DNA of 64,000 bases from contig OZ242214.1 of NCBI GenBank assembly GCA_965206595.1, forward strand, positions 1,440,001 through 1,504,000, given 5' to 3'. Source of the stretch: Candidatus Latescibacterota bacterium (GTDB lineage Bacteria; Latescibacterota; UBA2968; UBA8231). How positions within the stretch are numbered: the stretch's first letter is position 1; the number at the start of each line of letters is the position of its first letter. A model generated the notes under the pieces. That model worked only from the letters and a program-made list of their open reading frames with translations, searched no databases and had not been told where the DNA came from. Below are positions 1 to 9,757 of this stretch, one piece after another. Position numbers and translations under genes: made by a program.

Positions 1-1201
1 AGCCGGCATCGACGTTGACGGGAGTTCGGGCCATGCGGTCGGCGGCGAGCAGGACAAAGGTGGTGATCAGGCGTTCCAGGCGGACCCCGGAGGCCAGGGC
101 CGTGGCGACCCCGTCGAAAGAGCGATCGATGTCGACGCTCAACAGCGCTTCAACCAGGGCATCTTCGTCGTATTCGATCCGGGTGCGATCGCTTTCCGCG
201 GCGCTGTCGATCGCCTGTCTGAGGGAGATCATCTTGTCGATGGCGTCCCGCTTGAACAGCTGCGGCTCGCCCCGCCGCTGGCCGACGGTCTTGGAGCCGA
301 GATTCAGGGTGAGCTCGGAGGCCGCTTCCCAGCCGAAGGATTGGGTCAGCTCGGTCAGGTACCCCAGGGTCTGGAGATTGTCGCTGAATCCGAGAAAGCC
401 GGGCTGCGCGGCGCATTCGTACAGCAGCGGAAGGATGCGGCCCTCGTCCCCCTTGAGCCGCGCGGTGAAAAGGCACCTCTCGATGCGGTTATCCTGGCCG
501 TTGCGGGAGAAGAGCCGCACCCAACTGGCGATGCGGTCCCAGGTGACCGGCTCCGGCAGGACGACCACCTCGAGGCGCTCCGACGCTTCCCCGGCGACGC
601 AGGTGGCCGCGGTGGCCAGCGCCATCAGGCGGTCCTCGCCGTCGTAGCGGCGGCCGATGGCTATCCCGTTGACGAAGCGGGCGAGATCGACGCCGGCGCC
701 GGCGCCCCGCGAGCTGGCAACGTGTCTGCCGAAATGCCTGAGGATGACGGCGACGATGTCGCTTTCCGGTACCCGTCCGCGCAGCATCAGGGCCATGGCC
801 TTGGAGATCGTCCAGCGGTCCTCGTGCAGTAGTCCTTCACGCAGCAGCCGCAGGTGCTGCTCCCTGCGGCGGTAGGCCCCATCTCCCGGGCGAATCCAGA
901 CCTCCTCGCCGCGAACCTCTACGGGAAACACCTCGAGGTCGTCGCACATGTTGTTGAAACAGCCGCCCCCCTCGAGGTCGAAGCGGCGTCCGTGCCAGTC
1001 GCAGGTGAGAACGCCGTTGCGGATCGCCCCGCGCGTCAGCGGGTATCCCATGTGGGGACACTGGTTGTCGGTGGCGTAAATGCGGCCCTCGACGTTGAAT
1101 AGGGCGATGCTGCGCCCTTGGCCGACCCGGACGGCCTTGGCGCCTCCCGGTTCTATCTCTTTCAAAGCCGCTACTCTGGTCCAACCGTTTGCCGTTGCCA
1201 T
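1..1201 (-). CDS. Rieske [2Fe-2S] domain protein with long helical C-terminal region (partial, runs off window start)
   Basis: Not in the ORF track; hand-translated from ATG at 1201: MATANGWTRV...NQCPHMG...LTCDWHG (Rieske CxH/CxxH motifs); frame stays open to the window edge. Confidence 0.85.
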   Translation of the reverse strand, partial: MATANGWTRVAALKEIEPGGAKAVRVGQGRSIALFNVEGRIYATDNQCPHMGYPLTRGAIRNGVLTCDWHGRRFDLEGGGCFNNMCDDLEVFPVEVRGEEVWIRPGDGAYRRREQHLRLLREGLLHEDRWTISKAMALMLRGRVPESDIVAVILRHFGRHVASSRGAGAGVDLARFVNGIAIGRRYDGEDRLMALATAATCVAGEASERLEVVVLPEPVTWDRIASWVRLFSRNGQDNRIERCLFTARLKGDEGRILPLLYECAAQPGFLGFSDNLQTLGYLTELTQSFGWEAASELTLNLGSKTVGQRRGEPQLFKRDAIDKMISLRQAIDSAAESDRTRIEYDEDALVEALLSVDIDRSFDGVATALASGVRLERLITTFVLLAADRMARTPVNVDAG

Positions 1202-1248
1202 TTCCTATTTCGATTTGTCGAGGCAGTGCCGGGATTGCCCGCCGGGGA

Positions 1249-2157
1249 TCACCGGGCCGCCTTGACCCCGGGCATGGCCGGGACGTAGGACTGCCGGCGC
1301 CGATTTCCCGATGTCCATGCGGCGTCGGCGGGGTGGTGCTCCTCAAGCCATTCCCGCAGCGGGGCTTCGCCCTTTTCTGGCGCGTACGCGCTGTTGTTGC
1401 TCGGGTTGTCGCGGAGCAGCTGCCGCCGGATCGAGTCGAGCCCTGGGTAGAGGTGTTGGACGGTCATGTCGTCCTTGGGCAGCAGCCAGCGGTAGCTGTA
1501 GCCCATCATCAGCATCTTGCGCGTCTCGTGCCAGCTGTTGACGCTGCGGCTGTGCCAGATGCGGCGGTCGATGATGACGGAGGTGCCGGGCGGCACGCAC
1601 AGGGGAATCGCCCCCTCCGGGCTGGAGCGGCCGTCTTCGGGAACGTCGATTTCGTCGTGCAGGTGCGATCCCGGGACGATAAGTGTGTTGCCGCGGCCGG
1701 TCCCGGACATGTCGCTGACGAAGAAGAAGACTTTGATGGAAAGCCGTGGGCGCGGCGTCGCCTCGATTTCGTCGTTAACCCGCATGCTGTCCTGGTGCCA
1801 GGCCACGGTGGGGCCCGATCGCCGCCGGTCCGGGTCGCCCGGGGGGGTCACCAACAGGCCGGAGTGGTAGATGCAGATGTTCCAGCCGAGTATTCCCCAG
1901 ACCTTGGGGAAGGTGGTCTCCCAGTCGATCAGGTCGAGAAACAGGGGGTTCTGGCCGATGATGTCGGGAATGTCGATGGGGTCGTGCGGCCCGAATCCAT
2001 AGGCGCGCTGCTTTGCGGCGACCAGGCGGTCACAGGCATGCCGGAGGGCCTCGGTGCGGTCGGACGGCAGGGCGTCCGGAACGACGAGGTAGCCCTGTTC
2101 CTCGAACTCGGCGCGCTCCGAATCGGTCAGGCAATGGGCCAGGCAGGAGGGAGTCAT
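1249..2157 (-). CDS. Phytanoyl-CoA dioxygenase (PhyH) family Fe(II)/2OG dioxygenase
   Basis: FEEQGYLVV start, WHQD (HxD), IVPGSH, distal WHSRSVN. Confidence 0.9.
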   Translation of the reverse strand: MTPSCLAHCLTDSERAEFEEQGYLVVPDALPSDRTEALRHACDRLVAAKQRAYGFGPHDPIDIPDIIGQNPLFLDLIDWETTFPKVWGILGWNICIYHSGLLVTPPGDPDRRRSGPTVAWHQDSMRVNDEIEATPRPRLSIKVFFFVSDMSGTGRGNTLIVPGSHLHDEIDVPEDGRSSPEGAIPLCVPPGTSVIIDRRIWHSRSVNSWHETRKMLMMGYSYRWLLPKDDMTVQHLYPGLDSIRRQLLRDNPSNNSAYAPEKGEAPLREWLEEHHPADAAWTSGNRRRQSYVPAMPGVKAAR

Positions 2158-2393
2158 GAGCAGAAAGATAGAACCGGGGACGGCCTATCCAAATAGTGTC
2201 AGGGGCAGGGATGCGAGGGCAAGCAGGGCGATGGCCAGGACCCGGAGGTAGCATCCCTTCGCGACTGTCGGCGTGCCATCAGGCGGTCGACACCTTACCA
2301 TGATCGCCGCCGGTCCATGCCGCTACAGGCTAGTCCAAAACAGGGCAGGAATGAAACAACTTGGAATGCGGGGGAAACAGTGGTACCGTTATG

Positions 2394-3566
2394 CTAGTGT
2401 CCTGTCGTATAATTAACTGTACAAACAATTGAAGGTGCCGTAGGTTTCTCTTATCCCCTTTCTGAAAGGAGAGACCTATGGTGACGGGGCGTCCATTACC
2501 GCCGTTAGAGCTGAGTCCGTCGGACCGGGAACGATTGGAATCGATGGCCAAATCCCGGAGCCTTTCCCACGGGTTGGTGCGGCGAGCCGAGATTAGTCTG
2601 CTGGCCGCAGAAGGCTGGCCCAATGAAGCCGTCGCCGCCGCCGTGGGTGTGACGCGTGCTACGGTCGGCAAGTGGCGCCGGCGCTTTCTCGAAAACGGGC
2701 TCCCGGGCTTGCATGATGAGCTGCGCTCAGGGGCGCCACGATCGAGTACGGATGAACAGGTAGCCGAGGTGGTATACAAGACCCTGAAGACCAAGCCCAA
2801 AGACGAAACACAGTGGTCGGTGCGCTCCATGGGCGAAGAAACCGGCTTGACCAAGGACGCGGTTCATCGCATTTGGCGCACGTATGGTTTGCAGCCCCAT
2901 CGACACAAGCACTTCACGCTTTCCACCGATCCTTTCTTTGTCGACAAAGTACGGGATATCGTCGGCTTGTACCTGAATCCCCCCGAGCACGCCCTGGTGC
3001 TGTGCGTCGACGAGAAGAGCCGGATCCAGGCGTTGGAACGAAGTCAGCCCATGCTGCCCCTGGGACTGGGATACGTGGAAGGGATTACGCACGATTACAA
3101 GCGCCATGGCACCACCACCCTGTTTGCCGCCTTGGACGTAGCCACCGGGGAAGTGATGACCCAGTGCAAGCCCCGTCATCGTCACCAGGAGTTCCTTCAG
3201 TTCCTGCGCCACATCGAGGCCCACGTCCCCGCTGACCTCGATATTCATCTCGTCGTCGACAACTACGCCACGCATAAGCATGCCAAGGTCAAGCGATGGT
3301 TGGCACGGCGTCCCCGATTTCACGTTCACTACACCCCCACCTATGCTTCGTGGCTCAATCAGGTGGAGATCTGGTTCAATATCCTTACCCGCCAGGCGGT
3401 TCGCCGGGACTCGTTCCGCAAGGTGTCGGAGCTCATCGAGCGCATCGAACGCTACACGGCCAAATGGAACGCCAACGCACACCCTTTCGTGTGGACGGCT
3501 ACGGCCGATTCCATCCTCGCGAAAATCAAGAGACTTTGCGAACGAATCTCTGCGACACAACACTAG
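2394..3566 (+). mobile_element. IS630-family insertion sequence (intact)
   Basis: Imperfect terminal IRs CTAGTGTCCTGTCGTA and (reverse complement) CTAGTGTTGTGTCGCA; both ends at CTAG, consistent with TA duplication; transposase stop codon lies at the right end. Confidence 0.92.
2478..3566 (+). CDS. IS630-family DDE transposase
   Basis: N-terminal HTH; [26 protein letters not shown] motifs; AGGAG RBS. Confidence 0.95.
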   Translation: MVTGRPLPPLELSPSDRERLESMAKSRSLSHGLVRRAEISLLAAEGWPNEAVAAAVGVTRATVGKWRRRFLENGLPGLHDELRSGAPRSSTDEQVAEVVYKTLKTKPKDETQWSVRSMGEETGLTKDAVHRIWRTYGLQPHRHKHFTLSTDPFFVDKVRDIVGLYLNPPEHALVLCVDEKSRIQALERSQPMLPLGLGYVEGITHDYKRHGTTTLFAALDVATGEVMTQCKPRHRHQEFLQFLRHIEAHVPADLDIHLVVDNYATHKHAKVKRWLARRPRFHVHYTPTYASWLNQVEIWFNILTRQAVRRDSFRKVSELIERIERYTAKWNANAHPFVWTATADSILAKIKRLCERISATQH

Positions 3567-3596
3567 ATGGTATCCTCTCTTCAAGGAGGTAAACTC

Positions 3597-4082
3597 ATGG
3601 AGAAGCGGATGCTGATGGCAGGCGTCGCTCTCGCCTTCGCGAGCGCGGCCTGGGGGCAGTGCCCGAGTTCCGACGTTCTGGCGCCATCCCAGGCCACCGT
3701 CCAACCCTACGGAAGCCACCAGGATCAGTTCATGCTGGTTTCGTGGGAGTCGGTCGAAGACGCAACGCGTTACACGATTTACTGGGAGATTTTCGTCGAC
3801 TACCAGGTCGGTCCCAGTGGAGAGGTCGTCGAGCTCGACGAGCCACGGGTTTCCTTCGTGCCGCTGGGGACGGTGGATGCCCTGCTCGACAGCGAGATGC
3901 AGCGCGCGGTCTTTGGGACCGGGGATTCCGAGCCCACGGGCTGGGGCGTCACCGCCGACATGGATGTCCACGGCGAGTGGGTTTCGTCGCCGATGACGAC
4001 TGCAAGCCTGGTCGTTCCCGAGACCACCACCGCTGTCGAAGCGGTGAGTTGGGCGGAGGTCAAGGCGACGGCCGCCGAGTAG
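3597..4082 (+). CDS. Secreted hypothetical protein with C-terminal TTAVEAVSWAEVK tail
   Basis: AAGGAGGT RBS before ATG 3597; signal peptide MEKRMLMAGVALAFASAAWG; beta-rich body. Confidence 0.8.
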   Translation: MEKRMLMAGVALAFASAAWGQCPSSDVLAPSQATVQPYGSHQDQFMLVSWESVEDATRYTIYWEIFVDYQVGPSGEVVELDEPRVSFVPLGTVDALLDSEMQRAVFGTGDSEPTGWGVTADMDVHGEWVSSPMTTASLVVPETTTAVEAVSWAEVKATAAE

Positions 4083-4106
4083 GCACCTGCCACATCAGAA
4101 GTTCCG

Positions 4107-4140
4107 ACCCCGTCGAGCCATGCTCGGCGGGGTTTTTTTT
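4107..4140 (+). terminator. Rho-independent terminator
   Basis: ACCCCGTCGAGC-CAT-GCTCGGCGGGGT stem followed by a T run, between convergent genes. Confidence 0.8.
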
Positions 4141-5943
4141 ACATGCCGAGTGCCCTGGCCCCGGTCCGGGTCAGGCGAGCCGAGGTCCACTCCGGCTCCC
4201 AGGTAAAGTCGACGATGCACTGGCGTACCCCGTCCACGGCGAGCACGCGGTCGCGGATCGGGTTGCCGATGAATTGGTACTTCGGGCGGCCGCGGTGCGG
4301 CATCGTCATCAGGATCCTGGCCACTCCGTCGTCGACCCGCAGATCGTAGATGTACCCCATGTCGACCACGTTGCTGTCGATCGCCATCAGCTGATCGTCT
4401 TCGACCTGGCGCAGGGCCTCCCATACAGAGCGTTTGAGCGCATGGTCGGCGGCGCCGGCATGGGTCAGGCCGGTCTCGCCCGGGCGCCCCAACCTTCCGT
4501 TGGCGGTTGCCTTCACCTCAGGTAGCTCTCCTTCCGAAACCGAAAGCGGGTTCAGCAGACGACGGCGCAGGTCCTGTACCATTTCGCGGCCGTTCTCCTC
4601 CGGGTAGTGCGAGGCGAAGTATGCGTTCTTTGAAAGAGCGCCGACCCCTCCTGCAAATCCGTCCTGCCGTGGATGGGGGCGCGGCACCAGATCTGGCCGC
4701 GGCCGAAATAGCTGAGGTTGGGAGGACCGCTGTGGTTCAGGGGGCCGCAGTTTTTCGACCGATGCTCCAGCCAAAGGGCTATGAAAGCGTCGCGGCTTTC
4801 GCGGCGGAAGAACCCGACGCCCCATTGGTCGTTCTCGTGGGAAACTGGCACTTCCCCTTCGTGCAGAATCCCCTCGCGGTCGATCCAGACGGAGTCGCTG
4901 AACGGCATCCCGTAGAACAGCCACTCGTCGTCGCGCACCACGTTGGTCTCGAAGCGCGCCAGCGCATCCATGCGGCTCTCCTTGAGGAACCAGGGGAGCC
5001 CGGCGTAGAAGGTGTAGGTCAGGTCCATGTGCAGCCGGCTCGGCGTAAACACCGGGTGCAGGGAAGAGCGAGGAAACCCCCAGCGGCGCACCTGCACGCA
5101 CAAGGGGCCGCGAATCACCTCGTAGTTCGGGCAGCGGGACCACCCGGTTACGCGAAATTTTTGGTAGTTGCCGGAGCCCATGTAGTCGTGGCCCCAGTCG
5201 ATTCCCGGAGGTTCGCCGTGCCCTTCTCCCCCGGTGTACAGCTCCAAGGGGGCGCCGTAGGGCACGATCCCGAAGCCGCGTCTGAACTGCAGCCGCTGCA
5301 GCTGGCCGTTCTGGGCGGAAAGGTGGGCGGTGAAGTGGTTGCTGGCGATGCTGAGGCCGAACTCCTCGCCGCTGACCGCCAAGTCGGTAGGGTACTCCGG
5401 CAACTCGGCGTCGCGGTTGCCGTACAGAATCAGGTACCGGCCGCGGCTGTTGGCCGGCAGATCGACCTGGAGCAGCAGCCGGCAGCTTCGCACCTCGCCG
5501 TCGAACACCTCCCGACAGACCTGGCTCGGCACCTCGCGCAGGGTCCCGCTTTCGTCATCGATCCTGGCGACGCGAAGCTCGCGTCGCAGATCGGTTACCT
5601 GGTCGGCAGCAAATTCGACGACGCTCTCGACAGGCTCCCTCGATCTTTCCAGGCCGGCGCTCTCGGCGATCTCCAGGACCTTGTAGAAGGCCCATCCCCG
5701 CGCCCAGTCCTCCCACGGGTCCGGCAGCCCCGCCACGCGCCCGAAGCTCGAAGCCGGGGAGGGGGCCGCTTCGCCGCTGCCATGGCCGGACAGGTGCCGC
5801 TGGCGTTCGAAGGTCAGCGTCTCCTTGATCGACTCGGCCAGCGACATGGCGACATCGATGTTGCCCTCCCGGTGTGCAGTCTCCAGGAGGCGCAATTTCA
5901 CCTCGACGCTGTCGGTACGGTGCCGGTATTCGGTCTCTGGCAT
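4139..5943 (-). CDS. ~600-aa hypothetical protein with C-terminal DUF59/SufT-like (FeS assembly) domain; 1-nt frameshift near 4630
   Basis: Starts MPETEYRH at 5943. Two overlapping ORFs join if one A is added (CAAAGAAC to CAA AAG AAC). C-terminus ALRQVED...NVVDMGYIY...WEPEWT is DUF59-like. Confidence 0.7.
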
Positions 5944-6065
5944 TCTTCTTTCTCCTGTTCGGATCTCCGGCCGGCCGGCTGTCCGGCCTGGCACCTGGGC
6001 CGATCGCTTCAACGCAGTGGCAGGAAATGTCGGCAGAATCGAACCAGTCCCGGTCTCGGGGCTGG

Positions 6066-7097
6066 CTACGACTGCATGCAGGCCTCTGCTTCGGCTACGT
6101 CGTCGGCGCTGCCGATTATCAGGGGAGTGCGTTGGTGGAGGCTGTCCGGCACCAGGTCGAGTATGCGCGTGGTTCCGGTCGAGGCGCATCCGCCGGCCTG
6201 CTCGACGACGAAAGCCAGCGGTGCCGCCTCGTACAGCAGCCGCAGCTTGCCGCTTTCCGATTCGCGATCGCCCGGGTAGAGAAAGATCCCCCCCTTGAGC
6301 AGGTTGCGATGGAAATCGGACACCAGGGAACCGATGTAGCGCCCCGAGTAGGGGCGGCCCCTGGGCTTGTCGTTGGCCTTCAGGCTGCTGATGTAGTTTC
6401 GGACTCCGGGAAACCACTTGTCGGCGTTTCCCTCGTTGACGCTGTAGATCTTGCCTCGAGAGGGGATGCGGATTTTCTGGTGGGAGAGCAGGAACTCGCC
6501 GAGGGTCGGGTCGAGGGTGAATCCGTGGGTTCCCCTCCCGGTTGTGTAAACGAGCATCGTGCTCGAACCGTAGATGATGTAGCCGGCGCACACCTGGTCG
6601 GTACCCCGCATGAGGAAGTCCCTTTCGGTGGGGCGCCGCCTTCTCCCTTTGCGCCTGTGGCGGTAGATGGAGAATATCGTGCCGATGCTGACGTTGACGT
6701 CGATGTTGGAAGAGCCGTCCACGGGATCGAAGACGAGGAGGTAATCGCCGCTTGGATGCCTGGCGGGGATGGTGTAGACGTCGTCCATCTCCTCGGACGC
6801 CATGCCGGCCAGGTGGCCCGTGTGGTCGGTGGCATGGATTATCGTGGAATTGGCGAACTCGTCCATGTGCTTGACTTCCTCGCCGTGGACGTTGACGCGT
6901 CCGGTCAGGCCCATCACCTGCGCCAACCCCGCCTTGTTGACTTCGCGGGCGATCAGTTTTCCGGCAATGGCCAGGGCCAGCAACAGCTCGGAGAATCCTC
7001 CCCTGGCCTCGGGGAACCGGCGCTGCTCTTCCGTAATGAACCGGTGGAGGGTGGTCCCTCTTTCCATGCCGGGGAGTGGATCGGATGAAGTCGTCAT
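6066..7097 (-). CDS. fbp: Fructose-1,6-bisphosphatase class 1
   Basis: ASEE, FDPVDGSSNIDVNVSIGTIF, RYIGSLVSDFHR, KLRLLYEAAP motifs. Confidence 0.95.
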   Translation of the reverse strand: MTTSSDPLPGMERGTTLHRFITEEQRRFPEARGGFSELLLALAIAGKLIAREVNKAGLAQVMGLTGRVNVHGEEVKHMDEFANSTIIHATDHTGHLAGMASEEMDDVYTIPARHPSGDYLLVFDPVDGSSNIDVNVSIGTIFSIYRHRRKGRRRRPTERDFLMRGTDQVCAGYIIYGSSTMLVYTTGRGTHGFTLDPTLGEFLLSHQKIRIPSRGKIYSVNEGNADKWFPGVRNYISSLKANDKPRGRPYSGRYIGSLVSDFHRNLLKGGIFLYPGDRESESGKLRLLYEAAPLAFVVEQAGGCASTGTTRILDLVPDSLHQRTPLIIGSADDVAEAEACMQS

Positions 7098-7205
7098 CTG
7101 TGGGGTGCCCTTCTTGCCGAACATAAAGGGGTTGCCGCAGGTGCGGTCAAGGCGGATCCGCCTGGAGTGGGCATTCCTCAATCTTCAGGAATTCGCGTCC
7201 CCAGG

Positions 7206-8219
7206 CTACAGCTCCGCGGCAAGAACCCACATCGGATTCTCTCCCACCTCGTAGCTGTCGAGGAAAGCGAGCTCCCCCGAACCGCGGTCGATTCCATACG
7301 CCGACATCCTGCCGCTGTCGACGCCGGCTGCGAAGACGAACTTCCCTAGCGGGTCGATGTCGAACCCGCGCACGTGGGGTTCGGTCGGGACGCGACAGAT
7401 GAGGGTGAGTTCCCCGGAAACCGGATCGATGGCGAAGCAGGCAACCGAATCGTGGCCGCGGTTGGGAGCGTAGAGGAACTTCCCCGAAGGGTGAACTCGC
7501 AGCTGCGAGGTGGTGTTCCCGCCCCGGTCGAAATCGGCGGGCAAGGTCGAGATCGTCTGAAAGGGTGGCGACAGGCGGCCGTCCTCCGCAACGCGGTATG
7601 CCGAAATGCTGCTCCCCTGCTCATCGGTCGTGTACATCACCTCGAGACGGGGATGGAAGCGGATGTGCCGCGGGCCGGTCCTCGCAGGGGGGACGAGGAC
7701 GCCGAGATCCTGCAGCGCGATCTCGCCGGTCTCGCCGTCGTAGGTGTACTGGAAGATGGCGTTCTGGGTAATGCAGTGGGGAACGTACACGTACCGGTTG
7801 TTGGGGTGTACCTGGACCGAATGCGCTCCCCGAATCGAATGGACCGTACAGGCCGCGGGGGCGATCAGGGCCCCGTCTTCTCCGACGCGATAGCTGCTCG
7901 CACGGGCGCCACCGTTGCTCGAGGTGAGCATGAACCTGCCGGTGGCGTCGGAAGTCGCGTACACGGAATCCGACTCTTCGGCGATGGTTCCGAGAAGATC
8001 CAGGGATCCGTCGCGCGGGTCGATGGCAAAGCTCGCGAACCGGCTGGCCCTGCGCTGGACCACGTAGAGGACCCGTTTTCCCGGCTCGATGGCGATGGCA
8101 GCAGGTCCACCTCCAAGGGGGGTCTGGTGAGCCAGGTCGAGGGCGCCGGTTTCACCATCCATGGAGTAGGCGGCGACCCTGTCCTCATCCATGATCGAGA
8201 CGTATATGTAGCAGGCCAT
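7206..8219 (-). CDS. Lactonase family beta-propeller (6-phosphogluconolactonase/YbhE-like)
   Basis: AHSVQVHP, GPRHIRFHP, FLYAPNRGHDS motifs; start MACYIYV. Confidence 0.88.
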   Translation of the reverse strand: MACYIYVSIMDEDRVAAYSMDGETGALDLAHQTPLGGGPAAIAIEPGKRVLYVVQRRASRFASFAIDPRDGSLDLLGTIAEESDSVYATSDATGRFMLTSSNGGARASSYRVGEDGALIAPAACTVHSIRGAHSVQVHPNNRYVYVPHCITQNAIFQYTYDGETGEIALQDLGVLVPPARTGPRHIRFHPRLEVMYTTDEQGSSISAYRVAEDGRLSPPFQTISTLPADFDRGGNTTSQLRVHPSGKFLYAPNRGHDSVACFAIDPVSGELTLICRVPTEPHVRGFDIDPLGKFVFAAGVDSGRMSAYGIDRGSGELAFLDSYEVGENPMWVLAAEL

Positions 8220-8439
8220 CCTGTCTCCTCTGGTTTGGGTATGGGTTGTCCAGGGCAACCTACGGGAATCCTTCTCCTGCGACCAACGCCGCGGGTGGAG
8301 CCTCGCGACCCCGTCCCTGGGGATCGGCTCGCATGCGGTAGAAATCCCTTATATCCGGATGCCAGGTACAGGATGGGTTGCGACCACGGGCGCTCCCTTT
8401 CCCTCGATGCCCACAAACACGGGCCTGGAGGGAAAGGGA

Positions 8440-8834
8440 GCGGAACGCGCTCTACCTGCCGACACCGTACTACACTCCCGGCGGCCGTGAATGGGAGGAA
8501 CTCGACCCCGTGCTGCCTGCCGGCTTCGACCCGGAGGGGCCGGCGGAGTTCGAGGATTTCTGATTTGGGGAAGAGTACGTGTCAGCTCCCGACGAGGGGG
8601 CGGGACCACGAATGCAGCGGTGGCGAAGGACTGCACGTGTTGAAGATCATCATGGGGCTGTTCGAGTCTGCCGCATACGGCCGTCGAATGGAAATGCCGC
8701 AGAAACCGGAGTCATCCCCTGCTGCGCTGGCGCCGGGAACACGGCCTCGGCGATCCAGGACCGTGCCGAGAGACTACGGGGAGTGGCTGGCGGTCGAGGA
8801 TGAACGACTTGCCGGGAAGAGCCCGAACGCGTAA
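8440..8834 (+). pseudogene. Degraded C-terminal fragment of a probable Gfo/Idh/MocA oxidoreductase
   Basis: ALYLPTPYY...EDF*FGEEYV...DHECSGGEGLHVLKIIMGLFESAAYGRRMEMP, with a stop and frameshifts and no N-terminus; boundaries approximate. Confidence 0.5.
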
Positions 8835-8890
8835 GTCCGGGTTCGTACCGAGGGGGCGGATGCCCCCGTAGCCACTGACAGCTGGGGGGA

Positions 8891-9757
8891 TCAGGCTGCT
8901 TCGGACAGGTTCTCCGGCATGTTCTCGAGCCTCGTCATCCAATAGTGGGCGTCGAAATTCCCGTCGCCGGTCAGAAATCGCCACAGCTTGATCCTGTTGA
9001 CGATCTCGAGACGCCCGTCGGCCGCCTCGAACCAGGGCTCCTGCCGGTTGAGGATCGTCGGGATGCTGTCCTCTCTGTGGCTCGAACCGCCGTAGATGAT
9101 TTCCGGCCCTCCCCCTTCATCGAGGTCATCGGTGTTCCACAGTCGCAGCTGCCGCACCGTGGGGTTCAGGCGGATCTTGAACATGTAACGGACCCGGTCG
9201 GTCTTGTTCTGCCGGCCGCAGTGCCAGATGCCGTGGTGGACGACCGCCAGGGTGCCCGCTTTGCACACCATCGGCAGCTGTCCGAGGAAGTTCTGGTAGC
9301 GGCCGACGTCGAGCTCGTTGACGCGGCGGAAATGGCTTCCCGGAAGCAGCATGGTGCCGCCCATTTCCAACGGCACGTCGTGGGGGAAGTACATCAACTG
9401 GATGTCGAAGTGCATGCGCATGTCGATGATCGAGTCGCCGTGCAGCCCCTGGGCATGGCCTTCGTTCGGCTGGCGGACGTGAACGGCCTGATGGTCGAAC
9501 AGGGGGTCTTCTCCGACCAGGCTCTGGATGATCCCGTGTATTTCCGGCATCCTCAGCATCTTTCCGACAGGAGAGGGGTCGGGGTAGCATTTCGACAACG
9601 GGGTGCCGGCGGGTTGGCTGTCGATGCCGCCGCCGTCGATCTCGGCGATCACCGCCCGATTGATCTCCCCGGGTACGATCTCGTCCAACTGAAGCACGCC
9701 GCGGGCCACGAATTCAGCCATCTGACTCGAGTTGAGCAGGTACTTTTTTTCGACCAT
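8891..9757 (-). CDS. PhyH family Fe(II)/2OG dioxygenase
   Basis: FVARGVL start, LHGD, LLPGSH, IWHCGRQN; start MVEKKY at 9757. Confidence 0.88.
   Translation of the reverse strand: MVEKKYLLNSSQMAEFVARGVLQLDEIVPGEINRAVIAEIDGGGIDSQPAGTPLSKCYPDPSPVGKMLRMPEIHGIIQSLVGEDPLFDHQAVHVRQPNEGHAQGLHGDSIIDMRMHFDIQLMYFPHDVPLEMGGTMLLPGSHFRRVNELDVGRYQNFLGQLPMVCKAGTLAVVHHGIWHCGRQNKTDRVRYMFKIRLNPTVRQLRLWNTDDLDEGGGPEIIYGGSSHREDSIPTILNRQEPWFEAADGRLEIVNRIKLWRFLTGDGNFDAHYWMTRLENMPENLSEAA

Noticed and set aside
2381-2394. sigma54-like TGGTACCGTTATGC at the IS insertion site
   Set aside because: GG-to-GC spacing is 9 nt, not the required 10.
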